Source: Fimbriosthenelais zetlandica
Taxonomy: Eukaryota
Direction of reading: 5' to 3'
DNA length: 64,000 bases
NCBI GenBank assembly: GCA_977030845.1
Contig: OZ365116.1
Coordinates: 21,080,001 to 21,144,000, forward strand
In this document: positions 13,001 to 26,600 of the stretch, piece by piece
How positions within the stretch are numbered: position 1 is the first letter of the stretch
Layout of the letters: each line of letters starts with the position of its first letter
Translations under genes and position numbers: made by a program
The notes under the pieces: generated by a model
What the model was told of the DNA's origin: nothing
The model's input: only the letters and a program-made list of their open reading frames with translations
Database searches by the model: none

Positions 13001-16000
13001 TGGTCTAGATTTATTCACTATAAGGTCAATTATGCCCGGCGCCTGCCTTATATACAGCCTGTCTGCTCCCACCTCCTTACTCTAGGCTTTAAAACGTTCA
13101 ATACAGCTGGTAAACTAGATACCAGACCACTGGGACGGTAGAGGCAAAACACTGCCATTCATGGAAATTAACAAGCTCCGAAAAGGCTTGTGGGCTGATG
13201 CACAAAAAAGCAATTGCCATATTCTTAGTATATCTTCTGGGGTATTGAGTCAGAAAAATTGGCACCCAGAACATTTCTCATTTCTAACCCAGTTTTTTTT
13301 TTATTCACAAATGCTTTGCTCATAACTGCTTGTTCTCAATTAAATGATGGCTAAACAGGAAGGCCTGATCTAAGGCCTGTGACCATGAACCAGCCTGGTG
13401 AATCAGTGTCTGCGATTAGACATAAAACATGGACGTCCGCCCCTCACTCCATCATCACCACTGTTGACACAAGTCTTAGCTGTAAATACTCCATTACAGC
13501 TGAGAGAAATGGTGCATCAGCCAATAAATGGACACTGTAAAAAATAGAGACGCAACTTACTCTGTCTCCCCCTCTCTCTCTCTCCCTCCCTATATCTATA
13601 TCTACCCTTCCTTGTCTACCTCTCTCCCCTCTCTCTGGTGTATCTTGTAACACCCGGAAGTTTCCTCTGCTGGAAATAGCCCACAGTGTTTGCAATGTGA
13701 AGACGCCTTTTATTTTATACATGGCAGCTTGTGGACTTTGGTTATGTCGGCAAAGAGCAATTCCCACTGTTTTATTGTCACTTAAAGAACAGGAATTGAG
13801 GGAACTTAAAGGCTGAGTGAGAGAGCATTCTGCTCATCCGCTTGTAATGGTTTTATTGGGAAGCCAAGGTAACACTCAGTAAATGTTACAAGTGGGTGAC
13901 ACAAAAACTAGCTCTGGAATATGATTGCAATCTAAAAGCATGGTGGCCCTTAGCCTATAGTTTATTGATTGCATCTTATTCAATGTTTTTTCTTCTGTGT
14001 TGCCAGTCTTGACTCCTCTGCACTCGGTCTGAAATATTACTTTTTTATAATCCACATATATTTTATAGTATATAAATAAAGATCAAACTTTATTCTATAT
14101 ATATATATGTAGAAGGAGAGATTTCTTTAGAAATACAGACTTCATTATAAAGGAGCTAGCATTAATTCCCCTCGGATCATTCATTTTTGAGGCTAAAATA
14201 TTGATTAAATGATTGATTGCGACATTCATTGAGATGCCGAGAACCAAACCTAACCAAAGCTTTGTTGTATATTTAAAAGCATGAGCGGATTATATTATTG
14301 TGTTCATCAGGATGTATTCATGCTCTATATAAATAGATACCAATATAGCCTGCATACTGGGGGAGGGCTGGGTAGGCAGGATTGATCCACAGAGACCCAC
14401 AGATTGATCCATGACCCTTGTGCCCACTCATCACTTTGTAGATTTTTTGGGTTCATTCTGGCATCAATATGTCACCGTACATGTGGGAAATACAGGGTAG
14501 AGGCAATCAATAACATCTTTTGTCTGAATGTGTGTGCATGTCAGGAGCGGGGACTTGGAAATCAAGGGTTATGTAAATATGAGAAATCCACCTAATCTCT
14601 CAGACATGCAGATGCATAAATTATCTCAATTTATCTCAAAGGAATCTTAAATGTTAAATTTGTGTCATGCAATTCAAATTTGAACTTGAATTTAGTGTAT
14701 ATAAATTAAATCTTAGTGCAAAACACTTTTACAATGTATAAGGTTGTGTGCTTTATTTACATTAAATACGTTAAACTAGGCCATTAGGACGGGCTTCACG
14801 TCGGGGTTGAAGAAACGCCTTGTCCTTTGAAAGTTTCCTGGTTTGAATCTTACATCACCTGGTGGTCCCTGGGAACTTCCACTCGTCACAGTATCTGATA
14901 ATCTCATAGTCTCTTTCTCCCTTCTCTATCTCCCTCTGATCTTAGCTCAGAAGGTGGAAGCAAAGAGACGCCATTTGTGTCTGACACACTTCCGCTTCCT
15001 CTCTCTCCTTCCCTTGGTCTTTTCTCTCCCTGGATCCATGTCTGGAAGAAAGACATTGCAGAATTAATTAATGCCCCAGGACATTTCTCAAGTACATACA
15101 CTCTTAATGCAAAGGAATAACTGAATTTCCTCTGTCGCCAAAGATTTGTCAGTGGAGTTAGTGATGTACGGCATTCATACAGGCTTTGTAAAGTGAAGTT
15201 ATGTGTTTTTAAAGTATTCCAGGTTCTCAAAGGTTGAAACAAAACATGCCATATCACTGATGTTGTATGAATGACCCTCTATACAGTGGAGATTCTAAAT
15301 AATGTCTCCGACAAATTTCTATACGCATTTATAACTAAATGTCACTCTGATTCAACTAACGTTACCCTGCATTGATTCCATTGAGTGAATTAGAATTAGA
15401 AAATTCAACTCAAAGGAGAGCATTGCTAAAATCTCGCAACAAGTAAATCTCTTGTTGAAATTAAGAGGAAGCTGACACATTTGTCTTCAATATGTCTGGA
15501 ATACACTCTCCTGCAATCCCTTATTTGTGTTGACATTTTCCAAAATGGAAGAAGACTTTCAATTCAACTATGAATCATAGTAAGCCAAATCCACTGAAGC
15601 ATTTAGAGGAGGGAATCCTTTGTGTATTAAGGCAATCAGATTTATCAAGATTTATCCTTAATGACAAATAAATTCTTGATCCTTCTTGAACTTTCTTGAT
15701 TTTGGTTCTTCATCCATTTTGAGTGTATTTCTTTCAAACACACATTTGTTTCCCAAAATACCCTCCAACTGGGTTACGGGTCTGATGGTGTGAGGTTCAT
15801 GCAGCCACTTCATCAGTGAAACCCACATGTAATAGTTTTAGTGCGTGTTTTTTCTGGCATTAGGGAGTCATAATTCAATTCTGCAAATTGTTGAGGGATT
15901 CAATACATTTTTTAATATGATTGCAATATGTCAAATTTCTAGAAATTCTTAATTCAGAATGTTGTGTAGTAAAAGGAACAAGGGGCTGTCATTTTAACCA

Positions 16001-17848
16001 TTCACTACTTCCTCCTAGTAAATTCTACAAAAAAGTGATGCTTTTCTATTAATTGTCTTGCTCAGGTTTAAGCCATTAATTTCTTAATCAGTGGCAGAAT
16101 AAAGAACGCCCTCCTCCCTTTATTCCCCTCCTCCCTGCAACACCTCATAAAAGTGGAAAAGGAATCAACTCATTTCTTCCCCCAATATTTGCTCATAAAG
16201 AGCGCTTGGCCGTTAATTCCCTTCAGACTCTTGTCCACAGGCCTTTATTGCCCACCAATGCCCTCTGTTTAATGGGAGATTGGTAGAAAAATGGCTGCTC
16301 ATCGACATCTATATGGTCCTATACCACGATCAATACAACCTATAGCAGCAACGTATAAAGCTGTATTCTCCCAAATGGAAATCTTGAAATCTTGTGAATG
16401 TGAATTTCCTTTGAAACTGTGTAGTGTTCTGCAGATGATTCACCGCTCTTAGATCAAGTATTCCAGGTTCTCTGGACCACAGATGATCCAGATGAAAAGT
16501 TCACATCATTTTAAAATGAATTTCGCCTTCATAAAGGTGATTGTTCAATTGGCAGTCATGATTTTGTTCATGATTAAGGTTTGTGATTACATGAATGGTA
16601 GTACACTACCAACCATCCATCACATGAGAAGTGAAGCTATTACCATTTCCTCGTTTTTCTTTTGGATGCAAAAGTGTTGCTTGTGAAAAAAGAAGAAAGC
16701 GTTTAAAAATATGAAGGGCCTGGATTATCCGAGAAGCGATAAAGAACTGAAGATGATCTCATTGAATAAAAACGTGCATGTGGTTCAGGTGACTTTTAAT
16801 TGCCCCGCTCCTTGTCAGATTGTCACTGCAAATCGCATTTCCATATTATTTCATTAAAAAAGGCATTTAGCCATTCTTTTTCAGTTTTTCGGAACATGTT
16901 TTGATAGATTGATAAAACTCTGAATAATTGTAGTAGCGTAAAGGCCAAGTGAGGGGTTTTGCTAATTAATACCATCATACCTTACACTGTAGGTCATGAT
17001 ATGTGAGATGACTAGGGGATGAGATATACACATGTCCAGCTCTCTCCACCTGATGCTGGTTTATATGCCGCTTGTTGGCATCAATCACACAGAGTTAGAT
17101 GCCTCACACAGACCTAGCTACATCAGACCTTTATACTGATGCCAGGCAGGAGGTCCCTAATCATCTTCATCTCTCACACACTTTGTCACGGGGGGTGGGA
17201 GTAGTTAAAATCCATCCAAAAAGTAATTTACCCTCAAAGCTTTTCCTGACTGGTTTATCAAAGTCCAGCCACTGTCTCTGGTGAGAGCCATATTACCAAA
17301 CCATTGCTCTATAGAGAAGAGCAGGCATTAAAACCAACAGCATGTTTCCTACACGTCCTGATTCGACCCTTCTTAAATGCATGTTATACAATATCCATGT
17401 AAAATGACCTCTCCCACATAACCCCAGCAACACCTACGCTAATGCATGCTTGACGTCCGCAGTCATCCTGTCCTCAGAAGGCAAGATATGGGCCAGAAAA
17501 AGGCTACCAGAAGCACTGCCTTCCCTTCTGCTGCCTTAGTAATTTGATCGAGGCTGGAGCATGTGCTTATTGCCCGTTGTTTGCAGCAGGAGTTAACCTG
17601 ACTCTTCTCTCATGTAGAAGTTGCTGACACAAATCCTATATGTTCCTTACCTGTAAATTACATTACCTGTCGAGCTCTGGCCAATTATTTCAGGGAGGAT
17701 ATTTTGGACATTTCAGAGTAATTGCATAAGGCCTACATCTCATAGATATGCAATTTATTAATCATATGTTCTTTTTGAGTTTGTATGTTTTCTGTTCATT
17801 TCCAAACCAGAAGGCCCATTTCAGGCCCAGCTGTCAGTGTAGACCTTA

Positions 17849-17886
17849 TGAAACAGGTCCAAATTGTTATTGAAACAGGTCCAAAT
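17849..17886 (+). repeat. 22-bp period duplication
   Basis: tgaaacaggtccaaat at 17849 and 17871. Confidence 0.85.
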
Positions 17887-20454
17887 ACTTCCGTCCAATC
17901 TCCAATTTTATTCTCTTAAACATGGTATAAGATTATGTGGTGATGTTATATTTTTGATGTATTTTGTTTTCTGCTCTTCTTGTTCCGGGTGAAAGGCAAG
18001 AGAGGGAAGGGATTGATTATTAAAAACAAGCTCCAAATAGGGGAAATTCAAGCCATCAACTTTCTCTATTCACTGTCACTAATCTGCTGTCACTGAAGGG
18101 CTCTAAAATTCATTAGTTCTATTGAGAACCACTTATAGTGAGCTGCTGTCAGTGTGACAGACGTGACAGGCATGGTAGAGAGGAGTTGGGAGACTGGCAC
18201 TCTGTAAGGTGGCCCAGAAGGATGTGAAACGGCCATTATTAAAAACATTCCTACGTCTAGGGGGTGGATCCAGGCGGCTGGTTGGGGGTTGTCCCTCAAA
18301 TACTAATTTTGGAGCGGGTGCATGGGGGCCTACAAGTCTGGACCCCCTTTCAGAGATCTTTCCGATCCGCCCCGATCTCTTAGCAACACGGAATAGGGGG
18401 CCTTTTTGACTATAGAAAGGCCTGAATAGATGTATATGTAAAACGTCTAGTGGCACAGGCAGTTTACTGTGGTCTATATGATCTCTCAGTAAAAGTAAAC
18501 TTGAATCCATGCACATTATACTGCTTGTTTAATTCCATAGAGCAAAGCATTAGTCAAATGACTTTACAATGTCTCGCCAGTCTTCCCAGACTTCTCAGTC
18601 TATTATGCGAATGAATAGAGCTTCATTAATGGCCAGTCATACAATGTGACAAAGCCTGGTTGAATTAACACTGAAGATTAACTGGAATGTTCTTGCTTTT
18701 AGCTTAGAAGACATAATTCCTGCCTGTCCAGCATATTGCCTTCTAACTTTTCACTGAGAATGCTGTATAGCGTCTAGAGGAGTGGCATCAGATTTCAAAT
18801 GGAGAATACAGGCATAAATAAAAAAGAGAAATAAATCTCAGACTGGTTAAGACAAAAGGGAGAGGATAATGACCATTAAGGTGTCCTTTCACTGTACTGT
18901 CTCTGCTCTGATGTACGACTGTAGCACACCAGACGTATTGTAATTTATTATCACTCTATCAGTTTACTTTTAACAATTTTCAGCACTGTATGCATTAGAC
19001 GATAGTGACGATATGATGCTGTCAAAGATCTCGTATAGATCACAGGAAACTTACTTATGTCCGCTACTTTCGTGCATGGGCAGTTGATTCTACGTCACAT
19101 ATCCACTCAAAATACACCTGTTCATAATTGTGCTATTTTATTACAATGTCTGCACTGTATGTGGTTCATATGTAATCCCCTGAGGCATGGACGATATATA
19201 ACACTACATTTTAAGGTACTCTTAATCGAAACAATCCCTCCATGCAGAGTCCCATGTGTTATGTATGATATCGCCTCTGGACTGTTATATATATGCATTG
19301 AATCAAGAGATGCAGAATGGTTTGTTCCAGTATCTTTGTCGTTCACTATCATGTGACCTATGGGTATTTGGGTACATGCTTGTATCCAAATTGAACAAAG
19401 AGCAAACAAATGGGGCAGAATAATGGGATGGGGTGCATATATGTGCCCAATATGTGCTGTATATAGTTCCTTTGTATTTCGTCAATACTATGGAGGCGAA
19501 GCTTTGGGGCTTGAAATGCATAATATTCTTGCAGCTTTGCTCTAACTCTGTGTCAAAGCTCAGAAGTGGAAAAGCTGAAGAGTATGACTTCAAGTGCAAA
19601 CCTGTTTTGAAAAGACATTGTGTTTTGCATTGACAACCTTGCTCCATGCATCGTAAGAACATATTGTGAAATATATAAAGAAAGATAGAAATACAGGTAG
19701 ATATTTTTAACATGAGATTTCTAACGGACGACGAGTGAATATGAAAATCGTATGATTTTAGGTATTGATTTTATGATGATTTTAACCAAATTGCTTGTAC
19801 ACAATGGAAGCCATGTGTACCTTTTGAGATGCTGAGATCAAATCAGTATATTGAGTTTAGCAAACAGATCTGCCATCAGAAATATGAAAAAAGTGAAGCC
19901 CTGGGGGTCTGGCCAACAGACTTGTGTGCATGTAAATTACCTTAGAGGAGTGTTTTGTTACAGGTTCATGTGCTTCGGGCATCCAATCCTTTCTTCTGGA
20001 AATCAGTTCAAAATAACATTAAAAAAGGCTTCACGGAAGCAAGCCATCAGATATATATATACACACTTTTACGCGTTCTACTGCCAGACCCCTTGATCAG
20101 CCATGCCCCTCAGACTCACATCGTTTGCATGAATTCAGCATTCATGTGAGCACATTCATGGCCTTGTATTCAAGGTTATGTTCCGGTAGAGGTAGAGCCC
20201 CCAGACACTCTACAAATCACCCTAAAATTGTACATTATTATAATAAGTGATTTTAATGTTCCCATGTCAATATGACATCATTATGTCTCCAAACAGGAGT
20301 TGTTAGTTTTTTACACAAACTTGAAAGAAGATTATTACACAACTAGCATATCCCTCGCAATAGTATATTTTCCTAACATGACCCAAAGTTTCAAAGCCCC
20401 TTTAAGATATGTTCTACTCAACTCCCAATTTGTTTGTCCAAAGCGTCAATCATG

Positions 20455-20775
20455 AAATGACGCTACGTGATTGGATGACCTCAAAAGCTAGGAGGCGTGG
20501 CCAAGTTTAGGCGCAGGAGCCCCCTTGAAAAAAAGGCGGGAAAACTAACGGACCCTGGGGAGCAGACTTTGAGTGACAGGTGGCAGAGTGGGAAGAGATC
20601 GCTGGCGGCGACGCATCCTGGATACGCGTCGTCAACCTTAGCAACGCTAGCGACGTAACGTCGTGTCAAGTGGTGGGAGCGGAGAGGACCGTGGGAAAGA
20701 TCGCTTGGTGGGGGGCGCATCCTGGATACGCGTCGTCAACGCTTAGCAACGCTAGCGACGTAACGTCGTCGTGTA
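20455..20775. promoter_or_regulatory. CpG-dense promoter-like island
   Basis: About 25 CpG in 20580-20775 against a CpG-poor background. Motifs: reverse CCAAT (tgattgga 20468-20475), GC/KLF-like ggaggcgtggc (20491-20501), E2F-like ggcgggaaaa (20535-20544), RFX-like gtcaac(c/gc)ttagcaac twice. No downstream ORF. Confidence 0.4.
20588..20774 (+). repeat. Direct repeat (~104 bp period) with a near-identical ~52-bp palindrome-rich core
   Basis: gcatcctggatacgcgtcgtcaac-(g)cttagcaacgctagcgacgtaacgtcgt at 20613-20664 and 20717-20769; both are preceded by gtgggaa(g)agatcgct. Confidence 0.92.
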
Positions 20776-23700
20776 ATTGGAGAATGATATATCAACTTTG
20801 ATAGACTTGGAGCCTGATTAGAATGACTCGCTAGAAACAACATAAAGTTGGTGCCTTTAAGAGAATCTGATATGCCGGAGATGCCACTTCTTACCCTATC
20901 ACTCCCCAATTATTGACATAACTCAGACTTGATCATCTCATATACCCTGTATACCCTTAACTAAAATATTCATCAGTGGTTAGTCATCTCATGCCTTTGA
21001 TTGGGATTTTGTGGCTGAGCAGTCATTATTTTATTATTTAAACATTTGAACAGCATAATTGTACATTAACCACTTTTCTAATTAAACACCTTTAACGAAT
21101 TATACATTATGCAAATGCGCGTAAAATGATAAAAATACTTTGATAAAAATTGATCTTCCATAAGGACGACAATACTGTTTGTCCTCCCATCACATGCCAT
21201 TGACCTACTATGATATGAATTGTCAGTAATGCATTTGCATTAACACATGTATACATTCAGAAGTTGAGACAAGTTTAGCCATGTCTTGCTTCATAATTTC
21301 CCAATCACTGCTTGCTGTGCCTGGGTAACTTACCCGAGTCTTTCCTCTATTTCCATATGCTGCTAAGCACATATATATGAGTCGCCAAGAAATTTCTTAC
21401 GCAAAATTCCCTCATTACTTCTAACTATGCTCAGCATTGCTTTATTTTATACATTAAGTTATGGACATAACTGAAAATAAACCCCGGGCCATGGCAATCA
21501 CTTTTGTCAAGTGTACACTTAAAGAGAAAATAATTAATTTCAATATATATCCATAGGGAACCTTCTGAGAATAATTGATAATATCAAATAGTAGTTTATC
21601 AATAAATTATATATAGGACTGTCTACTCCATAAAACCTACTATATTTCCTGTACAATGCTGGCCTTTACCTACAATCACAGTATCTCCCCGTGGGCTGAA
21701 GCAGGGAATTGTTATAATAAATGGGGATACTGTATTTCAATACAAGCCTCCCGCCCTGGGAGGTTCTGTGCCTCTACAAGGCATTGTGGTGGAAATTGGC
21801 CATTCTTGCTTAGATTGGAGACATTCAGGGGCGTGTCTTCCAGCATTGTCATCTTGTAGTGCTCATAATGGTGTCACTCCTGAGTCGGCTTGATAAAATT
21901 CTCTGCACAGCAACCTCAGCTCGAGGGTTCATCCATAGGCCGGCTGTTATTTTTTTACTTCTCGGATATTTTTTTAGAAATACAATACAACCGTAAATAG
22001 GTGACCTAGCGATATGAAACTTCAAACAGTCATTGATTGCACACATGTCAGTTTGGTCAATTTTTCTCGCAATAGATCAAAGCAGTTTTTCAGTGGTTTT
22101 CAGTAAGGCTGTTTCCTTTATCTACAAGCCTATTATGCTATTTACATTATATAAATCATATTCCAGGTTCAATGCATAGGAAGAGGTAGCTGTTATGTGG
22201 TTGGGTGTAAAAAATAATCGACCCTTTAATGGCAAATGGCCAAACACTAAATGGAAACCGCATCATTTATCAGTTTATCAGATAAGCCTTTTGTAGATTG
22301 CTCGGGAGCTTATCATGTTGGATTTTACACCAACTGATGTCCGTCCATTACCATAGATTCCAAAAGCACAAAAGAAAGTCGTAAACCAGAAAGTTGTAAA
22401 CTCGTTAGTAATGCCATTTGTATGGTCTTTGGCCAGTCGGCCTACACTGTTAACCAAGCTTACTTTTTAACCATTCCAACAGCATAATGCCTCGAACACA
22501 CCAGAGCGTTTTTGCAGTCGCGTCAGGAAACTTTTGGTAGACGCATACGTCTCTTGGCCTGTCACTTGTGCACTGCGAGCCGAGAGAGCATGTATAAATC
22601 AAGTATACACCTAACCTTTAGAAAATCTAATTGGCACGCTTAATTGCTGCCATTTTCTTCTGAAAACGCAACAAGAAGCATTTGCAGTCAGTTCCAGCTC
22701 TTTAACTCCACTTAAAACTTGGTTTCATGTATAGGTAGATTGATATTTTAAATTTCTGACACCTTTCTTGTCAGTTTGTAGGTTCTATCTCCACATTATT
22801 AACAGTGTATGGATATTTATCACTGTATTCTCTCTGCTATATGGATAGCACCATATAGCACAATGCAGCACAAGCCTGATTTGCATGTTATGGCTCCAGG
22901 TAAGCAATTGAAATGCCAGCAGATTGTAACAATGATGGATTTTAACAGCACCTGTGATTTATAAGCGCCATCAGTTTCACCTGCTGTTTACAAATTCATG
23001 AATTGCCTGTTTATTTTCAAACAAATCTATCAGGGTTTGACAGTGTAAGGTCTTTTCCCGTTGCCTTGCCCCATGCCATTAATGATGTATGGGTCTAATC
23101 TTCACTGTAGGAAGGTAGCCATTGACAGGCACTGTCAGATAGCAGGCTGAGGTAGGGACAGTCAGTACACTTTGCTCAATGAACTCTTATTACTAGTGAT
23201 TCACTCATTCGTTAGGATTAGACACGCTTATGGACACTGTATACAACAATGTGCTGCCAAACTGCAGCTGTAGAATCCCAGCAAGGTCTGCTACATACAT
23301 GCAACAGTATCTATCAGAATAGCAGGCAATATGTATTCTGTTCGCAAGTGTGCACAACAATATTTTCCTGAAGCCATCATGAAACTACTTCAGTAACTAT
23401 ATTCAAAATTTTCAAGATATTTCCTTAAAAGTTTACTTTATAGGATGAACCTTAAATCATCCCAATTCATTGAACACCAAGATAACTATTTAACAATAGT
23501 AATTGCTGCAATACTACCTTTCATTTACTTTTTTCATGGCTAGTCCTGGGCTAGTCTTCTTAACTTTTTTAAAGCCAATAGCAATCAAACAAAGTCATTA
23601 GGAAAGAATTGCAAACAGAACTAATATAATTCCAAACATCGACTATATCACTGTTGACTGAGCCCGGCTTGAATGTACTAATTATGACAAGTCAACTGAC

Positions 23701-24307
23701 ACTAAAGCCAATTTCTCCCTTTCACAAAAGAAACCTTTAGCAGAGGTGAAAAAATCCTTAATTGAAAGACCATCTGGGAGCCCGTAGACGCAGTCCAAAT
23801 TAACCAGATTATAAGCCAGGGTCGATAATCTCATTAGCCTAGGATCTAAATTAATGTCAACTAAAGCAGCCGTGGGGTGGGCCTAATCAGTGTTATTTGG
23901 AGGTTTCAGCTCCCATTTAGAAAGCACTCCCCTCCAGCAGCTGTTCTGGGACTGGATTTTCCTTATTTTAGGTAATTTCCAGCAGTCTCATGCCTACCAA
24001 TTTTGTTCATAATTAGCAAGGAAAAGTTGAAAACACTTAACAAGAACAAAGGATTAGAGGACAGGTATAACGTTTCAGTTTATTAGCACTAGATCTCAAT
24101 GTTATTTTGGAATTAATGAGATCAGGGAAACAAAGGTAACTGTTTATTTGACACGGGAATTTGTTTTGGTTTCTTGTTTTCGTCAGGGACTATCTTAGTG
24201 CCTCATTATATCGGTTGGATTTAGCTCACCGTTTACTCACGGAACCCATTAGGCTTGAGGCTAAACCTAGAAATCTGAACCTATATTACATTTACTTCTA
24301 AGGGAAC

Positions 24308-26600
24308 ATGTCAACATTACCGTCCAGGCCAAATTACTACGTATACCCAAAGGTTCATAGTCATGGGTGCCCTGATAGTCTAATTGTTTTACTTCAAACT
24401 AATTTGGAGAACAAAGTTAAATATAACATTTTTAACAGGCCAGCCTGGCCAACTGTAGTCCGAAAGCCTTCCTTCCAGGTATATATAGGGGCCAGCTTGG
24501 ATGCCTTTGACACTTTCCCTAAAATCAAATATATGACACCAACCTTGTTATGGCTTAATCCCATCAGTCCGTAACTCCGCTACACGATCAGGTTCCTTAC
24601 ACTACCATTCCTCTCTGAGAACCGGAGACTTAAAACCCTAACTAGGCACAGACAGGTTTACAAGCTGAAGGAAACTACAGATCTATATCCATGTACTTGG
24701 ATACCCTGATATCCGGAGTACAGGCTGCATCCAAAATTTATTGCGTGCCATTCAAAGGTACTGACAGTTGTTTTCTTCGAGAAATGTAGAACCTTTAAAT
24801 CAAGCATATATTCACATTTAGATGGTAATAGCTTATTATGACTTTAACCCTTTAAAAGGTACCCAAATGAGACCTACAAGCAATGCGTCACCACACGGTA
24901 TATATTTGGGTTTGGCTCATATTGCATCATAGTAACGCATCATAGAAGTGCTTGATTCATAATTTCCTAATAAAAGTGGTTAAATATATATCACTTCCTC
25001 AATGGATAGGTTATTCCTGACGTGGACATCGTGAGATGATCGTGTCTTGTGGCCTCTGTTTAAGTTATGGGCACCCATCAGAGTTATATTTGGCAGTCTA
25101 ACTATTTTCGGTATTCTCTTTATAGAAAAAGTCATATTTTCAGAGGTGCTGTTCCGTGAATAAGCTCCACTCATCCTGAATGGAATCTCACGGCAAATTC
25201 CTGCGAAAAGAAATATGGAAAATGAGGAAAAGTCCATGAGCTCATTCTTAGGCTTTGAAATGAGCGTCTGATTCAAGATTATGTTTTGTCTGCGGTTTTT
25301 CAGCCTTGACGCGCACCTCTTGTATCTATTTATCATTATGACATTATCTCAGTGAAGCCTCTACCTGTTCACTAACCAAAGTTGTGATCTTCGCTATCTC
25401 TGAGGTTATTTACTATTTCCATTATTCACATCAGAAGGAAATGCTTTTATTTCCCATAAAAGGAAACCTGAGGTACGATGATCAAAATCAATGATAAAAA
25501 GAACTAAAGTATAACGGATCTCCTGACACAGTTTCTAAGCCATGTTCCTATCTTTCTGGGACTGGAAAAGATATCATTCACACTCGAAGAGACTTAACAC
25601 GGAAATGATCAACTTTAAGGTTTCTCTGTTGATGATACGAAGCATTCCCTTTCTCAACTTGAGCAGTTTGTGGAGTTATACCTGAAAGTTTCCATCAGGC
25701 AGCGAATTTAGTGGGTGGGGCTGAAATATCTCTTGAAGCTGCATATCTTTGTCTTCAAGTCAACTGTGATGCATTGTACGATCCTTTCGTCAGGTGCAGA
25801 TTATTCAATGTGGGATTCGATTATCTAAATACTTTCCTTAAATAGATGAGGGTAGAATTTGGTCAGCCGGAGAAAGGAAATACAAAGAAGGCAAAGGAAG
25901 TTGAAACCAAGGCTATAAGGAGAGGGTCGACCATTGAAACTAGAGAGTCTTAAGATCGATGAAAGGCCAGAATTAAAGGTCATCTGGGTGAAAGATGGGA
26001 ACTGGGAAATAATAGGAGAAAAAAGGTGGCCCTTAGACACATAGATTAAAACGGTAATGGGTAGTCTAGACATGATTAAAGGGCCGTCACACCTGATTGG
26101 AATTCAAAGTAAACTTCCCCTATTGATTCAATCATCAATTAATCTATATTCCCGCACCTGACGTCTCTGACTCTCATTTTGTTATTTTTGTCATTTTGAA
26201 ACATAGCTGAGACTGAAAAGCCTTGGGCAAGGCTAGCAGTCTTTAGGATGGAGTGACAGAAAGATGGAAGTGAGGCGAGATGATAAAAAGTAAATGGGTA
26301 TTTTGAGAAGACGTCATCATAAGCCGGGAAGGTCAGAGCACTAAGGATGATATGAAAGTTCCGGAGATTTTTGGGGCGAGTCAGGCCCATTATTTTACCA
26401 TTATGGCTCCTGTTGCACTTAAAATGTGGCTTTTGGCTGCCTTTTTATTTCCTCCTGTTCTCCTCATCCTTGGAATCTCTCGCAAAGTTCGGTCCATCGT
26501 GCATGATCTGCGATAAGAGGCATATCAAAACATCCAGAACGTATAGGCCGTTGCTCAGGGGGTTTTTTGCAACGTTACAACCCCATGCAATCAACCCCCA
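24308..26600 (+). mobile_element. Ancient Penelope-like retroelement relic (RT plus GIY-YIG endonuclease remnants)
   Basis: Motifs in PLE order across stops and frameshifts: RPNYYVYPKVHSHGCP (~P.FY.LPKIHK.G.P, in ORF 24308-24574), PYTTIP (24595-24612, ~SLYT.IP), IFTF/DGN (24808), KGTQM...IYLG (24855, ~GT.MG...AN++MG), W..*DD..LW (25022-25051), MENEEKSMSSFLG (~+E.E...+.FLD), GESG (~GET), TLQPHAIN (26572-26595, ~TL.P.GLN). Inter-motif spacings are longer than usual, so individual matches are uncertain. Confidence 0.5.

Noticed and set aside
6694-13031. Shared 11-13-mers (taaggtcaatt; agtcaatgagggc) between 6.7-7.4 kb and 12.9-13.0 kb
   Set aside because: Exact matches of this length are expected by chance in 64 kb of AT-rich DNA, and their order differs between the two regions.
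25660-25720. DIRS-like 'FAA*WKLSG' on the minus strand
   Set aside because: Isolated short match with no DIRS RT/RNase H or tyrosine recombinase motifs nearby. The region is better explained by the plus-strand PLE relic.
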